A program made the translations under genes and the position numbers. This document shows, in pieces, positions 20,410 to 28,997 of a stretch of 64,000 nt of DNA. The stretch lies in assembly GCA_963790795.1 (NCBI GenBank), contig CAWBPO010000001.1, forward strand, positions 396,073-460,072. The letters run 5' to 3'. Position 1 is the stretch's first letter; each line of letters begins with the position of its first letter. The notes under the pieces are model-generated. The model ran no database searches. It was not told where the DNA came from and was given only the letters and a program-made list of their open reading frames with translations. The stretch is from an uncultured bacterium. Its GTDB lineage: Bacteria > Patescibacteriota > Minisyncoccia > Minisyncoccales > RBG-13-42-11.

Positions 20410-21357
20410 TTAATTTTTAATACCATGGTATTTTCGGTGTATTTCTCTCAATTGAGGTCTTGTGACGTGAGTGTAAATCTGGGTTGTAGCAATATTTCGA
20501 TGTCCCAAGAATTCCTGGACTATTCTGATATCAACTCCTTTATTTAAAAGATCAGTAGCAAAGCTGTGGCGCAAAACATGGGGAGTGGTAGTAATCGGAC
20601 AGCCAGCCATTAAAGCATATTTTTTCACTGAGCTTTCAATTGCCCGGGCGCTTAGCCTTCCGCCAGCTTGTTTTTTTGGGCCTTTGTAGTTTATAAACAA
20701 AGCTTTTTCTTTGTCTTTGCGAGTTTCTAAATATTTTTTGAGCCAACTCAAAGCTCTTTCTGAAAAGTATATTGTACGAGGGTGGCTTCCTTTGCCAATA
20801 ATGCCCAATTCTAAATCTTTCTTGTCTTTTATATTAGTGAATTGTTCTCGATTTAAAGCCACTAATTCAGCTATTCTTAATCCGGCAGAGAAAAAACTTT
20901 CCAAAATAGCCCTGTTTCTAAGTCCGGTTCTAGTTTTTATATTTGGAGTTGATAAAAGCTTTTTAACCTGATCCAAATCAAGGAACTTTATAGACCTTTC
21001 TTTTTCTTTTATCAGTTTTATCTTTCCAGCGGGCAAAGAAAGTATGTCGCGGTCTGCAAAGAAATTTAACAAATTCCTTACGACAATCAAATAATAGTTC
21101 TGAGTAGATCTTTTTATTGGTTCTTTAGTGGTTCTATTGAATGACTGCGATAGGAAAATCCTATATTTTCTTATATGTTCTTCAGTTAATTCGTGGGGGA
21201 GCAGTTTGCCTAAATTATTACTTTCCAGCCAGCGAGAGAACTTAGCCAGAGATTTGCCATAAGTTTCCTGACTTTTATTGCTTAATCCTTTTTCTATGTC
21301 TAAATATTCTTTAAAATCCTCAATGTGGCTGATTATGGGTTGATTGTCTTTTTTCAT
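20410..21357 (-). CDS. Tyrosine site-specific recombinase (XerC/XerD/integrase family)
   Basis: 315 aa; N-terminal SAM-like core-binding domain; catalytic R (GLRIAEL), HVLRHSFAT (HxxR), LGHRNIATTQIYTHV (H...Y). Confidence 0.9.
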   Translation of the reverse strand: MKKDNQPIISHIEDFKEYLDIEKGLSNKSQETYGKSLAKFSRWLESNNLGKLLPHELTEEHIRKYRIFLSQSFNRTTKEPIKRSTQNYYLIVVRNLLNFFADRDILSLPAGKIKLIKEKERSIKFLDLDQVKKLLSTPNIKTRTGLRNRAILESFFSAGLRIAELVALNREQFTNIKDKKDLELGIIGKGSHPRTIYFSERALSWLKKYLETRKDKEKALFINYKGPKKQAGGRLSARAIESSVKKYALMAGCPITTTPHVLRHSFATDLLNKGVDIRIVQEFLGHRNIATTQIYTHVTRPQLREIHRKYHGIKN

Positions 21358-21477
21358 AGGGGCATTTCGGTTGTTATTGTATACTGCGGTAAAGCTACAT
21401 TATGCGAAGTATCCCACATTCACAATATCAGGCCCAAAAGGCCTGTCAAGTGCTCCCCTCAGCGTTTGTCTTTATAT

Positions 21478-21755
21478 AAAAAAACGAAGGGACCCACAAG
21501 AGAACAAATAAGGGGTCCCATAACTCTAATATTGACTGAATATAGGAGTTTTTGCCATCATTATGGCGAGTATATTTTAAGAAAGAGCATTTAGTGTGTT
21601 TTAAAGGAACTTTGAAATTTGGTGAAGAGAGGGATTGGGTTGCAAGTGTTTGCTCCGCCAGGATATATTAATCCTTTACATGGGAGTTTTAGGATCCAAA
21701 TCCCTCTCCTGGGAGATTCGCCTCCTCCTTGTGCTTTGAATTAAGCTAACCTCCT
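21478..21755 (-). ncRNA. Candidate non-coding transcript (about 275 nt) between a consensus promoter and an internal terminator, upstream of the recombinase gene
   Basis: No ORF despite AGGAGG motifs; 10-bp long-range stem GAGAGGGATT/AATCCCTCTC (about 21627-21711); GGGACCC-N17-GGGTCCC hairpin plus U-run at 21476-21519. Confidence 0.35.
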
Positions 21756-21761
21756 ACTTTA

Positions 21762-21790
21762 ATTATAATTTTCCACAGACATACTGTCAA
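21762..21790 (-). promoter_or_regulatory. Consensus sigma-70 promoter (minus strand)
   Basis: TTGACA (21790-21785), exactly 17-nt spacer, TATAAT (21767-21762), verified base by base. Confidence 0.65.
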
Positions 21791-21797
21791 GTGTACT

Positions 21798-21840
21798 AAA
21801 AAACAAAAACCACCAGAGTTCCCTTCTCTAGTGGCTGGTG
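21798..21840 (-). terminator. Rho-independent terminator (minus strand) after the gltX/small secreted gene unit
   Basis: CACCAGCCACTAGAG...CTCTGGTGG imperfect hairpin followed by TTTTTGTTTTTT on minus strand. Confidence 0.55.
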
Positions 21841-21847
21841 TCCAATT

Positions 21848-21864
21848 TTAATGTCGCACAATAA
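21848..21864. repeat. Right copy (reverse complement) of 17-bp inverted repeat
   Basis: TTAATGTCGCACAATAA is the exact reverse complement of 19793-19809. Confidence 0.9.
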
Positions 21865-21915
21865 TATATATTAACAAGAGATTGTCTGTAATTTGTTTTG
21901 TCAGAATTTCTTCCG

Positions 21916-22287
21916 TCATTTTATTAATTCTTTAAATTTATTCCACAGATATGACGCCCCGCTTTTTGTTTCCTGTTGCATTTCTTGTTTTTCTCCTGGA
22001 AAGCTTTCTTTAATGAATGATTTTCTTTTTTCAACTTCAGGCTTCAGCCAGTTTTTAATTTTAGAGCCAAAATGCGAAAGAAGCCAGTTCCACATTTTTT
22101 GCCAGATAGGCAGAATGTTTTCGTTCCACATTCTTTCAATTAATCCTGGCATTTGTTCTTCGCTTTCTTCAAATAATTTTTCGCCGAACTCTCCGGCTTC
22201 TTCCATGGTTTCCGGTATTTTCTGGGCGAATGAAAAATTGGGCGACAGCAGGCAAACTATTATTGAAATTACGATTATGTTTTTCAT
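21916..22287 (-). CDS. Small secreted protein, unknown function
   Basis: 123 aa; signal peptide MKNIIVISIIVCLLSPNFSFAQ; Trp/Glu-rich mature part; 1 nt after gltX stop. Confidence 0.5.
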   Translation of the reverse strand: MKNIIVISIIVCLLSPNFSFAQKIPETMEEAGEFGEKLFEESEEQMPGLIERMWNENILPIWQKMWNWLLSHFGSKIKNWLKPEVEKRKSFIKESFPGEKQEMQQETKSGASYLWNKFKELIK

Positions 22288-22288
22288 T

Positions 22289-23767
22289 TTAGAAAAGCTC
22301 TTTGGCTTCCCGTATTCTTTTTAATGTTTTTTCCTTCCCTAAAATTTCAGCTATTTCAAATGGTCCGGCTGAAGCTTCCTTGCCAGTAAGCGCCACTCTC
22401 AAGGGCCAAAGCAGCGCTCCCCTATTGTTTGTCTTTTCCGCTTCTTCCAGTAAGACGCTTTCCAGTTTTTCTTTGTTCCAATCCTCGTTTTTTATCTTAG
22501 ATAACAATTTTTCCAGCTTGTTAAGAGAATCTTTTGTTTCCTTATCAGACATCTCTTTCCATTTTAACAGATTTTTGTCAAACTCAAGCTTGTCTTTGAA
22601 GAAAAAGTCAGTCAATTCAACGATTTCTGACAGTTTCTTCAATCTTTCTTGATAAATTGAAACGATTTTAACCAAATTATCAGAATTATCTTTTTCCACT
22701 AATCCTGCTTCAAGAAGATAAGGAAGGCAGAGCTCAGTCAGTTTTTCCGGAGAGCGCTGGCGGATGTAAAAGCCGTTTAAAAAGTCCAGCCTTTTGATAT
22801 TGAAAACAGCTCCGCCTTTTTGGATTCTTTCCAAGGAAAACTCCTTAATCAGAGAAGGTAGAGAATATATTTCCCTTTCGTCTCCGGGATTCCATCCCAA
22901 AAAAGCCATAAAATTAACCAGGGATTCAGGCAGATACCCTTCTTTTCTGAATTCGGAAACTGAAGCCGCTCCCTCTCTTTTACTTAATTTTGCCCTATCT
23001 TCTCCCAGAATAAGGGGCAAATGAGCATACAAAGGCCGAGGAAAGCCCAAAGCTTCCTGAATTAAAATCTGCTTTGGAGTGTTGGAAATATGGTCTTCTC
23101 CCCTGATTACGTGGGAGATTTTCATTTCAAAATCGTCAATTATCACAGCGAAATTGTATAAAGGAGCATCCAGGTTTTTAGCAATGACCATATCCCCTAT
23201 TAAAGAGGTGTCAAATTCCAATCGGCCACGTATCAGGTCGTCAAAGCTTATCTTTTTTAGAATAACCCTGAATCTAATTATCGACGGTTTGCCTTCAGCC
23301 AGATATTTTTTAACGGTTGCTTTGTCCAAATTGGCGCATTTGCCGGAATAATGAGGAGCCAGTCCTTGTGACATTTGATATTGTCTTTCAGCTTCCAGGT
23401 CTTGTTCCGAACAAAAACAATAATAGGCCTTATCTTCGGCAATCAGTTTTTCTATATATTTTCTGTAAATATCTGTTCTTTGAGTTTGTCTGTAAGGGCC
23501 GTATTTTCCTTCAATATCCGGTCCTTCGTTCCATTCAAGGCCAAGCCATTTTAAATTTTCAATAATGTCTTGCTCAGATTCTAAAGATGAACGTTCCAGG
23601 TCAGTATCTTCAATTCTCAAAACAAAACTGCCTTCGTGTTTTTTGGAAAAGAGATAGTTGAAAAGAGCGGTTCTGGCCAAACCAAGGTGCAGGTATCCTG
23701 TCGGCGAGGGCGCAATTCTCGTTCTCACTTCGCCTGGCTTGATAAACTTAAATTCTTCGCTGGTCAT
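22289..23767 (-). CDS. gltX: Glutamate--tRNA ligase
   Basis: 492 aa; RIAPSPTGYLHLG (HIGH-type) and KLSKR (KMSKS-type) motifs. Confidence 0.95.
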   Translation of the reverse strand: MTSEEFKFIKPGEVRTRIAPSPTGYLHLGLARTALFNYLFSKKHEGSFVLRIEDTDLERSSLESEQDIIENLKWLGLEWNEGPDIEGKYGPYRQTQRTDIYRKYIEKLIAEDKAYYCFCSEQDLEAERQYQMSQGLAPHYSGKCANLDKATVKKYLAEGKPSIIRFRVILKKISFDDLIRGRLEFDTSLIGDMVIAKNLDAPLYNFAVIIDDFEMKISHVIRGEDHISNTPKQILIQEALGFPRPLYAHLPLILGEDRAKLSKREGAASVSEFRKEGYLPESLVNFMAFLGWNPGDEREIYSLPSLIKEFSLERIQKGGAVFNIKRLDFLNGFYIRQRSPEKLTELCLPYLLEAGLVEKDNSDNLVKIVSIYQERLKKLSEIVELTDFFFKDKLEFDKNLLKWKEMSDKETKDSLNKLEKLLSKIKNEDWNKEKLESVLLEEAEKTNNRGALLWPLRVALTGKEASAGPFEIAEILGKEKTLKRIREAKELF

Positions 23768-23771
23768 CTTT

Positions 23772-24905
23772 TTAATTTTCTAATTTATTAAGATATTTGA
23801 CAAGATATTCGGCAATCTTTTTTCCCGCTTCAATTCTGGAAAATGCTTTTGCCTTTTCAGCCATTCTTTTCAATTCTTCTGGCTGATTGAAAATCGTTTT
23901 TAATTTTTCCAGAAAAAGGCTGGCAGTAAAATTGTTTTCTTCTATTACCAAACAAGCTCCGTTTTCCTGAAAAGAATAGGCGTTTTTCACTTGATGGTTT
24001 TGGGCAGCTTCCGGCAAAGGAATGAGAATGGAAGGCTTGCCAGCAGCTGCAATTTCAAAAATGCTTCCAGAGCCTGCCCGGCTGATAATCAAGTCAGCTG
24101 CAGCATATGCTCTTCGCAGTTCCGGCTCTTTCAGAAAAGGAAAAAGATGGTAAAAAGCTTCCTCACTTCTGCCGATCACCGCTCTTGCTTCTGCTTTGGT
24201 CGTTTTAAAGTTATTTTCGCCGCATTGATGAATCAATTCAAAGTCTTTTAAAAGTTGCGAGAGAATTTCCAGGATTTTGTCGTTAATTCTTTGCGCTCCC
24301 TGCGAACCGCCCAAAATCAAAATGACGGGTTTTTTTGAGTTAAGATTGAAAAACTTTTTAGCTTCGTCTATTTTGTTGTCCAACAATTCTTTTCTTGTCG
24401 GATTGCCCACCAGAATCATTTTCTCCAGAGGAAAATATTCTGTTTTTGGAAAAGAAACAAAAATCTTAATGGCAAAATCACTTAAGAATTTATTGGCTGC
24501 TCCCGGAGTAACGTCAGATTCGTGAAGAAAAACCGGCACAAAAAGAAGTTTGGCGGCGATAACCACCGGAATTGAGCCGAAGCCACCCTTGGAAAAAACC
24601 AAATCAGGAGAAAGAAAGAAAATATGGAAAAACGATTGTATAATGCCTATCGGTATTTTTATGCAGAGATCAACGAAATTTTTTAAAAGAGTTTTCCAAT
24701 CTAAATATCTTCTGACTTTTCCGGCCAGAATAGTTTTTATCTTAATATCTTCTTGTGAAAGCAAAACAGAGCCGAATTCGTCTTTCGGACCGACAAAGAA
24801 CAATCTTAAATCTTCTGGCTGGCAGATTTTCCTCAGTTCCCTGGTTATGGCGACGATTGGTACGATGTGGCCGCCCGTTCCGCCGCCGGTAAAAAGTATT
24901 TTCAT
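23772..24905 (-). CDS. murG: UDP-GlcNAc:lipid I N-acetylglucosaminyltransferase MurG
   Basis: 377 aa; GGGTGGHIVP N-terminus; ISRAGSGSIFE C-terminal region; dcw context. Confidence 0.9.
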   Translation of the reverse strand: MKILFTGGGTGGHIVPIVAITRELRKICQPEDLRLFFVGPKDEFGSVLLSQEDIKIKTILAGKVRRYLDWKTLLKNFVDLCIKIPIGIIQSFFHIFFLSPDLVFSKGGFGSIPVVIAAKLLFVPVFLHESDVTPGAANKFLSDFAIKIFVSFPKTEYFPLEKMILVGNPTRKELLDNKIDEAKKFFNLNSKKPVILILGGSQGAQRINDKILEILSQLLKDFELIHQCGENNFKTTKAEARAVIGRSEEAFYHLFPFLKEPELRRAYAAADLIISRAGSGSIFEIAAAGKPSILIPLPEAAQNHQVKNAYSFQENGACLVIEENNFTASLFLEKLKTIFNQPEELKRMAEKAKAFSRIEAGKKIAEYLVKYLNKLEN

Positions 24906-24945
24906 ACTTCGATAAACTCAGTATGACCCTGAACTTGTTGAAGGG

Positions 24946-26061
24946 TCATGTAGTTTTAGATATATTTAATAATATTCCTGATCCGATCATGGTCATAATA
25001 AGCGCAGAGCCGCCGTAGCTGATAAAGGGCAAAGGAATGCCGGTTATAGGCAAAAGTCCTATCATTGCTCCGATATTGATAAAAGCTTGAATGGCAATCC
25101 AGGAAGTAATGCCAACAGCGCTCAATTGCAAAAACGCGTCTTTACTGTCTCTAGCTATTTTAAACCCTCGCCACAAAAAGAGCAAAAAAAACATAATTAA
25201 AACCAAACCGCCGACAAATCCTGTTTCTTCTGAAAAAACAGCGAAAATTGAATCTGAAAACGATTGTGGGAGGAATCCGAACTTTTGAATGCCCATTCCC
25301 AGGCCAGCTCCGGAAATTCCGCCAGAGCCCACAGCAATCAAGGACTGTTTTAACTGGTAGCCTATTCCCATTGGGTCTATTTCCGGATTGAAGAATACCA
25401 ATAGCCGATTGGCGCGATAAGGAGCTATTTTGGCCAGGACAAATATGGCTGTCATGCCCAGCAATCCTGTTAAAGCAGTCTGGAACAAAGGAGTGTTGGC
25501 GGAAAAATACATTATGGCGACAACAATGAATATGATCGCCAAAGTGCTGATATCCGGCTGGAAAACCAAAGTTAAAGCGACAATGCCGAAAATAACGAGA
25601 AAGACGATAAAAGTTTGGCTGAATTTCTTTTTATCTTTGTTTTGAGAAGGCACTTTACTGGCCAGCCAGGCAGCCAAATAAAGAATAAAAGTCAATTTTA
25701 GAAATTCAGAGGGTTGAAAAGTTACAGGTCCCAAACTTAGCCATCTGGCCGCCCCTCCAATTTTCAAGCCGATTCCCGGGATAAAGACTATTAAAAGCAG
25801 AGCCAAAGTTCCGAAAAGCAAAAAAGGAACCCATTTTTTCAAAAGAGAAAGCTTAATTTTGTAGAAAAACAAGCCCAAGATTAGCCCCGGAATCAGACCG
25901 AAAATAATCTGGTGCTGGAGAAAGCCGAAAGTGTTGCCGAATTTTTCCTGTGAATAGGGGGCGGAAACGCTTGCTAATATGACAATTCCAAAAGCCAGCA
26001 AAAAAACTATTGCTCCCAGCAGAATATAATCGGGATGGTTATATTTTTTTTCCAAGGGCAT
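24946..26061 (-). CDS. ftsW: SEDS-family lipid II flippase/peptidoglycan polymerase FtsW
   Basis: Polytopic membrane protein; LPITGIPLPFISYGGSAL signature; start moved to ATG 26061 (MPLEKK...) because the longer ORF overlaps murD extensively. Confidence 0.85.
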   Translation of the reverse strand: MPLEKKYNHPDYILLGAIVFLLAFGIVILASVSAPYSQEKFGNTFGFLQHQIIFGLIPGLILGLFFYKIKLSLLKKWVPFLLFGTLALLLIVFIPGIGLKIGGAARWLSLGPVTFQPSEFLKLTFILYLAAWLASKVPSQNKDKKKFSQTFIVFLVIFGIVALTLVFQPDISTLAIIFIVVAIMYFSANTPLFQTALTGLLGMTAIFVLAKIAPYRANRLLVFFNPEIDPMGIGYQLKQSLIAVGSGGISGAGLGMGIQKFGFLPQSFSDSIFAVFSEETGFVGGLVLIMFFLLFLWRGFKIARDSKDAFLQLSAVGITSWIAIQAFINIGAMIGLLPITGIPLPFISYGGSALIMTMIGSGILLNISKTT

Positions 26062-27319
26062 ATTTTCTTGCGTATTTTTTAAACAGATTCCCCTTTTCTT
26101 CGTAATCTTTAAAAATGCTGAAACTGGAAGAAGCAGTTGAAAGAAGACAAATCTTGTTCTTTTCCGTATATCGGTATGCCAGCTTAACCGCATCTTTCAT
26201 ATTGTTTGCGAAAAACGGTTCGATGTGACTCATCGCAGGATGTTTTTGTCGAAGAGCTTTATCCTGAGCTTGTCGAATGGATTTCCAAATCTTTTCTCCT
26301 GTTGTCGGAAACAAAATAACGGTTTTTATCTTGCTTTTTAAAACCTTTCCAGCCAGTTTTTTAAAATCAATGTTTCTGTCAAAGCCGCCGAGCATAATTG
26401 TTTCCACTTTATTTCCCAAAGCTTTCATGGCTGATATTGTTGCTTCCGGAATAGTGGCTAAAGCGTCATTGTAAAAAGTGATTCCTTTATAAGTTCCCAC
26501 TAATTCCAATCTGTGAGGCAAGGGCTTGAATTGTTTTATTGCTTTTTTAATTGTCTTTTCCGGAATTTTGAAAACTTTGGCAACTGCTCTGGCTGCTGTT
26601 TTGTCCAATTCATAGTATTTTCCTTTAATCGGGATTTTCTTAGCTTTTGATTGTTTGGCGAAAGCTTTAACTTTTTTATCCTGGGAATTAAAAATTAAGA
26701 AATCTTCTTTTTTTTGATAGCGAGCGATATTTGCTTTAGCTGATGCATATTCTTTAAAGCTGCGGTAATAATCCAAATGTTCCGGGTAAATATTCAGAAA
26801 TACGGCAACCTGGGGAGATTTCTTAAGATTGTATAATTGATGACTGGAAAGCTCATATACATAAATATCTTTGTTTGTTGCTGAAGACAAAAGATTTAAA
26901 ACCGGCTTTCCGATATTGCCGACCAGGTGAACTTTAAACTTTCCTTTCTTTAATATCTGGAAAATCAAAGAAGCAGTAGTGCTTTTTCCTTTGGTGCCGG
27001 TAACCCCGATAATCTTGCCAGGACAATTGTTAAAGAAAATCTCAGTTTGGGAAGTGATTTTACTGAGAGCTATTTTGGGCAATATTTTGAAAGGAATGCC
27101 CGGTGATTTTATAATCACATCGTAATCTTTAATCGCCTTGAGATAGTTTTTACCGAAATGCTTTTTAATTATTTTAAACTCAACTTTAATTTGCTTTCTA
27201 TCTGCTATTCCCAACACTTTATTCGGGAACATTTTCCTGAAAAACAAAAAAGCGTCTCTCCCCTCTTTGCCGAAACCAAGAATCAGAATACGCTTGTTTT
27301 TAAATTCATTTAACAACAT
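26039..27319 (-). CDS. murD: UDP-MurNAc-L-alanine--glutamate ligase MurD
   Basis: 426 aa; GVTGTKGKSTTASL P-loop; Mur ligase C-terminal HRLE region. Confidence 0.9.
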   Translation of the reverse strand: MLLNEFKNKRILILGFGKEGRDAFLFFRKMFPNKVLGIADRKQIKVEFKIIKKHFGKNYLKAIKDYDVIIKSPGIPFKILPKIALSKITSQTEIFFNNCPGKIIGVTGTKGKSTTASLIFQILKKGKFKVHLVGNIGKPVLNLLSSATNKDIYVYELSSHQLYNLKKSPQVAVFLNIYPEHLDYYRSFKEYASAKANIARYQKKEDFLIFNSQDKKVKAFAKQSKAKKIPIKGKYYELDKTAARAVAKVFKIPEKTIKKAIKQFKPLPHRLELVGTYKGITFYNDALATIPEATISAMKALGNKVETIMLGGFDRNIDFKKLAGKVLKSKIKTVILFPTTGEKIWKSIRQAQDKALRQKHPAMSHIEPFFANNMKDAVKLAYRYTEKNKICLLSTASSSFSIFKDYEEKGNLFKKYARKYALGKKI

Positions 27320-27354
27320 CTTGTCTTAAAAATACCATAAATTTAAGCTTTTTC

Positions 27355-27390
27355 AAACGAAAAAAGCCCATTGCGCGAACACAATGGACC
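27355..27390 (-). terminator. Rho-independent terminator after the small membrane gene
   Basis: CCATTGTG-TTCG-CGCAATGG (one G-U) followed by GCTTTTTTCG on minus strand. Confidence 0.55.
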
Positions 27391-27478
27391 GAGATTAGGG
27401 AGGAGACAAAGCAGCAGTGGGTATGGTAAAAGGTGCTATGGTAATTGTTTTGGGCTGCTTTGCCTCCATGCGAGTTGC

Positions 27479-27709
27479 TTAGGGCTTTAGCTTACGATCG
27501 CAAAAAGCTATCAGGCCGGCCAAGATAATAGTTATGGCGAGGGCCCACGTTGCCACGATCCATAAAGGAGTGGTTCCGGGGATAAAACAATCGCCACCGG
27601 CCAGACAACTAACAGTTGTATACTTTGTACTAGCAAAGTACAAAGCTCCGGTAGTCGCTAGTCCTATAGCAAGAATGATTTTTGAAGGAGCAACTATTAA
27701 ATTTTTCAT
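27479..27709 (-). CDS. Small two-helix membrane protein, unknown function
   Basis: 76 aa; AGGAGGT RBS upstream; two hydrophobic helices flanking CLAGGDC; visibly more GC-rich than neighbours. Confidence 0.45.
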   Translation of the reverse strand: MKNLIVAPSKIILAIGLATTGALYFASTKYTTVSCLAGGDCFIPGTTPLWIVATWALAITIILAGLIAFCDRKLKP

Positions 27710-27733
27710 TAAAACTTACCTCCTATGCTTTAA

Positions 27734-28996
27734 TTATACCATCTTTTTAACTTTTGTCAATAGATAAGGAACTTTGTTTTCTTTTTTCGCTTTCTGCAAA
27801 CTCAGCTTTAAAGCGAGCAGACTTTCTTTTTTAGTCCCCACGCATTCAAAAGGCTTCGCTCTCCCCTGCCCTATTAAAGATTTCATTGTTGGTAGTAATC
27901 TTTTGTTTTCAAAAATATCTTTTCCAAAAATCAAAAGCAATTGTTTTTTATTTAAAAACGGATACAGAGTCAGATAAACAAACAAGCATTTCGGGCAGTT
28001 CCCGCACCACCTGACCTGTTTTGCCCCAATTCTCATGCTGGCATTGCAGCTGGAAAAAACTGGAAAATACTGAGGATATTTAATCAGCATTTTGGATATT
28101 TGAAGCTCAGTATATTTTCTTAAAAAACTGAAATAATTTACATTTTTTACCAGATATTTTTTGCAGTATTTTTTGAACATTATTTCAAATTGGGAGCTTT
28201 TTGCCCACTGGTGATTTATTGTTCTGCCAAGATACTTTACGTTTCCATCATTGGCGCTTTTTTCGTTTGAGAAAACAACATTTTTGTAATCAAACAAAAC
28301 AGCGCAAAAAACGCTCAAAAAAGACAAAAGCGCGGTAAAAGGAGTATGGCCGTTCAAGTATCCTTTCTTGTTCAGTTTTAAAAGTTTTTTGTCAATTATC
28401 CTTTTAACGATAATTTGTTTTTTTACGGCTGATACTTTAGCTGCTTTTTTGATCTGCTCGTTGGGGTTTACTAAAAACAAAGCTGTTTTTGATTTTTTAT
28501 TTAAAATCTCAAGAGTTACAATTGAATCCCTGCCTCCGGAAAAAGGCACCAAATACCTGTTTTTAAGCTTTCCGCTGAATGTCTTGTATTTATTCTTGCT
28601 TTCACATTCTATTGTTAGAAAGTTTTTAGATCGCCAGTCAATCTTGTTTTCGTAAAAAAACTGGCCCATGCCCTTAATAATCAAATCTTTCCACCAGCGG
28701 ATTTGCCCTTTATCCAAAAAACCAGCTTTGATGATAATTTTCGGAGAACAGGTTGCTTTCCAGTAAGTCGGAATTTCCATCAATCCTAAATGGAAAATCA
28801 AGTTTTCCAATATGTTGAAGTTAGACTTCAACAGGCTTGAGCGGCTTATATTTTTGATTTTTATTTCCGGTTTGAAATAAATATCAGGTTCGATTTTAAA
28901 ATCAAAAAAAACCTCTAAGTTGTTTCCAGAGATTCTGTAAGAATATTTCTCAAAAACAAACTTTGGATATTTTTTTATTAATTCTTGGAGTTTCAT
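27734..28996 (-). CDS. PP-loop (SGGxDS) ATP-pyrophosphatase-fold protein; candidate MurL-type UDP-MurNAc-L-Ala-L-Glu epimerase
   Basis: 420 aa; LVPFSGGRDSIVT PP-loop; C-terminal CGNCPKC; sits between mraY and murD. Confidence 0.5.
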   Translation of the reverse strand: MKLQELIKKYPKFVFEKYSYRISGNNLEVFFDFKIEPDIYFKPEIKIKNISRSSLLKSNFNILENLIFHLGLMEIPTYWKATCSPKIIIKAGFLDKGQIRWWKDLIIKGMGQFFYENKIDWRSKNFLTIECESKNKYKTFSGKLKNRYLVPFSGGRDSIVTLEILNKKSKTALFLVNPNEQIKKAAKVSAVKKQIIVKRIIDKKLLKLNKKGYLNGHTPFTALLSFLSVFCAVLFDYKNVVFSNEKSANDGNVKYLGRTINHQWAKSSQFEIMFKKYCKKYLVKNVNYFSFLRKYTELQISKMLIKYPQYFPVFSSCNASMRIGAKQVRWCGNCPKCLFVYLTLYPFLNKKQLLLIFGKDIFENKRLLPTMKSLIGQGRAKPFECVGTKKESLLALKLSLQKAKKENKVPYLLTKVKKMV

Positions 28997-28997
28997 T

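Noticed and set aside
19793-21864. Phase-variable promoter inversion (inverton) switching flanking genes
   Set aside because: The consensus promoter points inward and would still point inward after inversion. Both flanks are protected by terminators. Inversion is not excluded, but a switch of neighbouring genes is not supported.
21325-22324. Plus-strand ORFs 21325-21594 and 21893-22324 as cargo genes of the inverted-repeat-bounded segment
   Set aside because: There is no RBS. The first overlaps the recombinase start and the non-coding unit, and the second is antisense to the signal-peptide-bearing gene 21916-22287.
24910-24945. Hairpin ATGACCCT-N12-AGGGTCAT between ftsW and murG as a sixth member of the TGTTGAGG palindrome family
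   Set aside because: The arms differ. It merely contains CTTGTTGAAGG in its loop. It is probably an ordinary intercistronic stem-loop.
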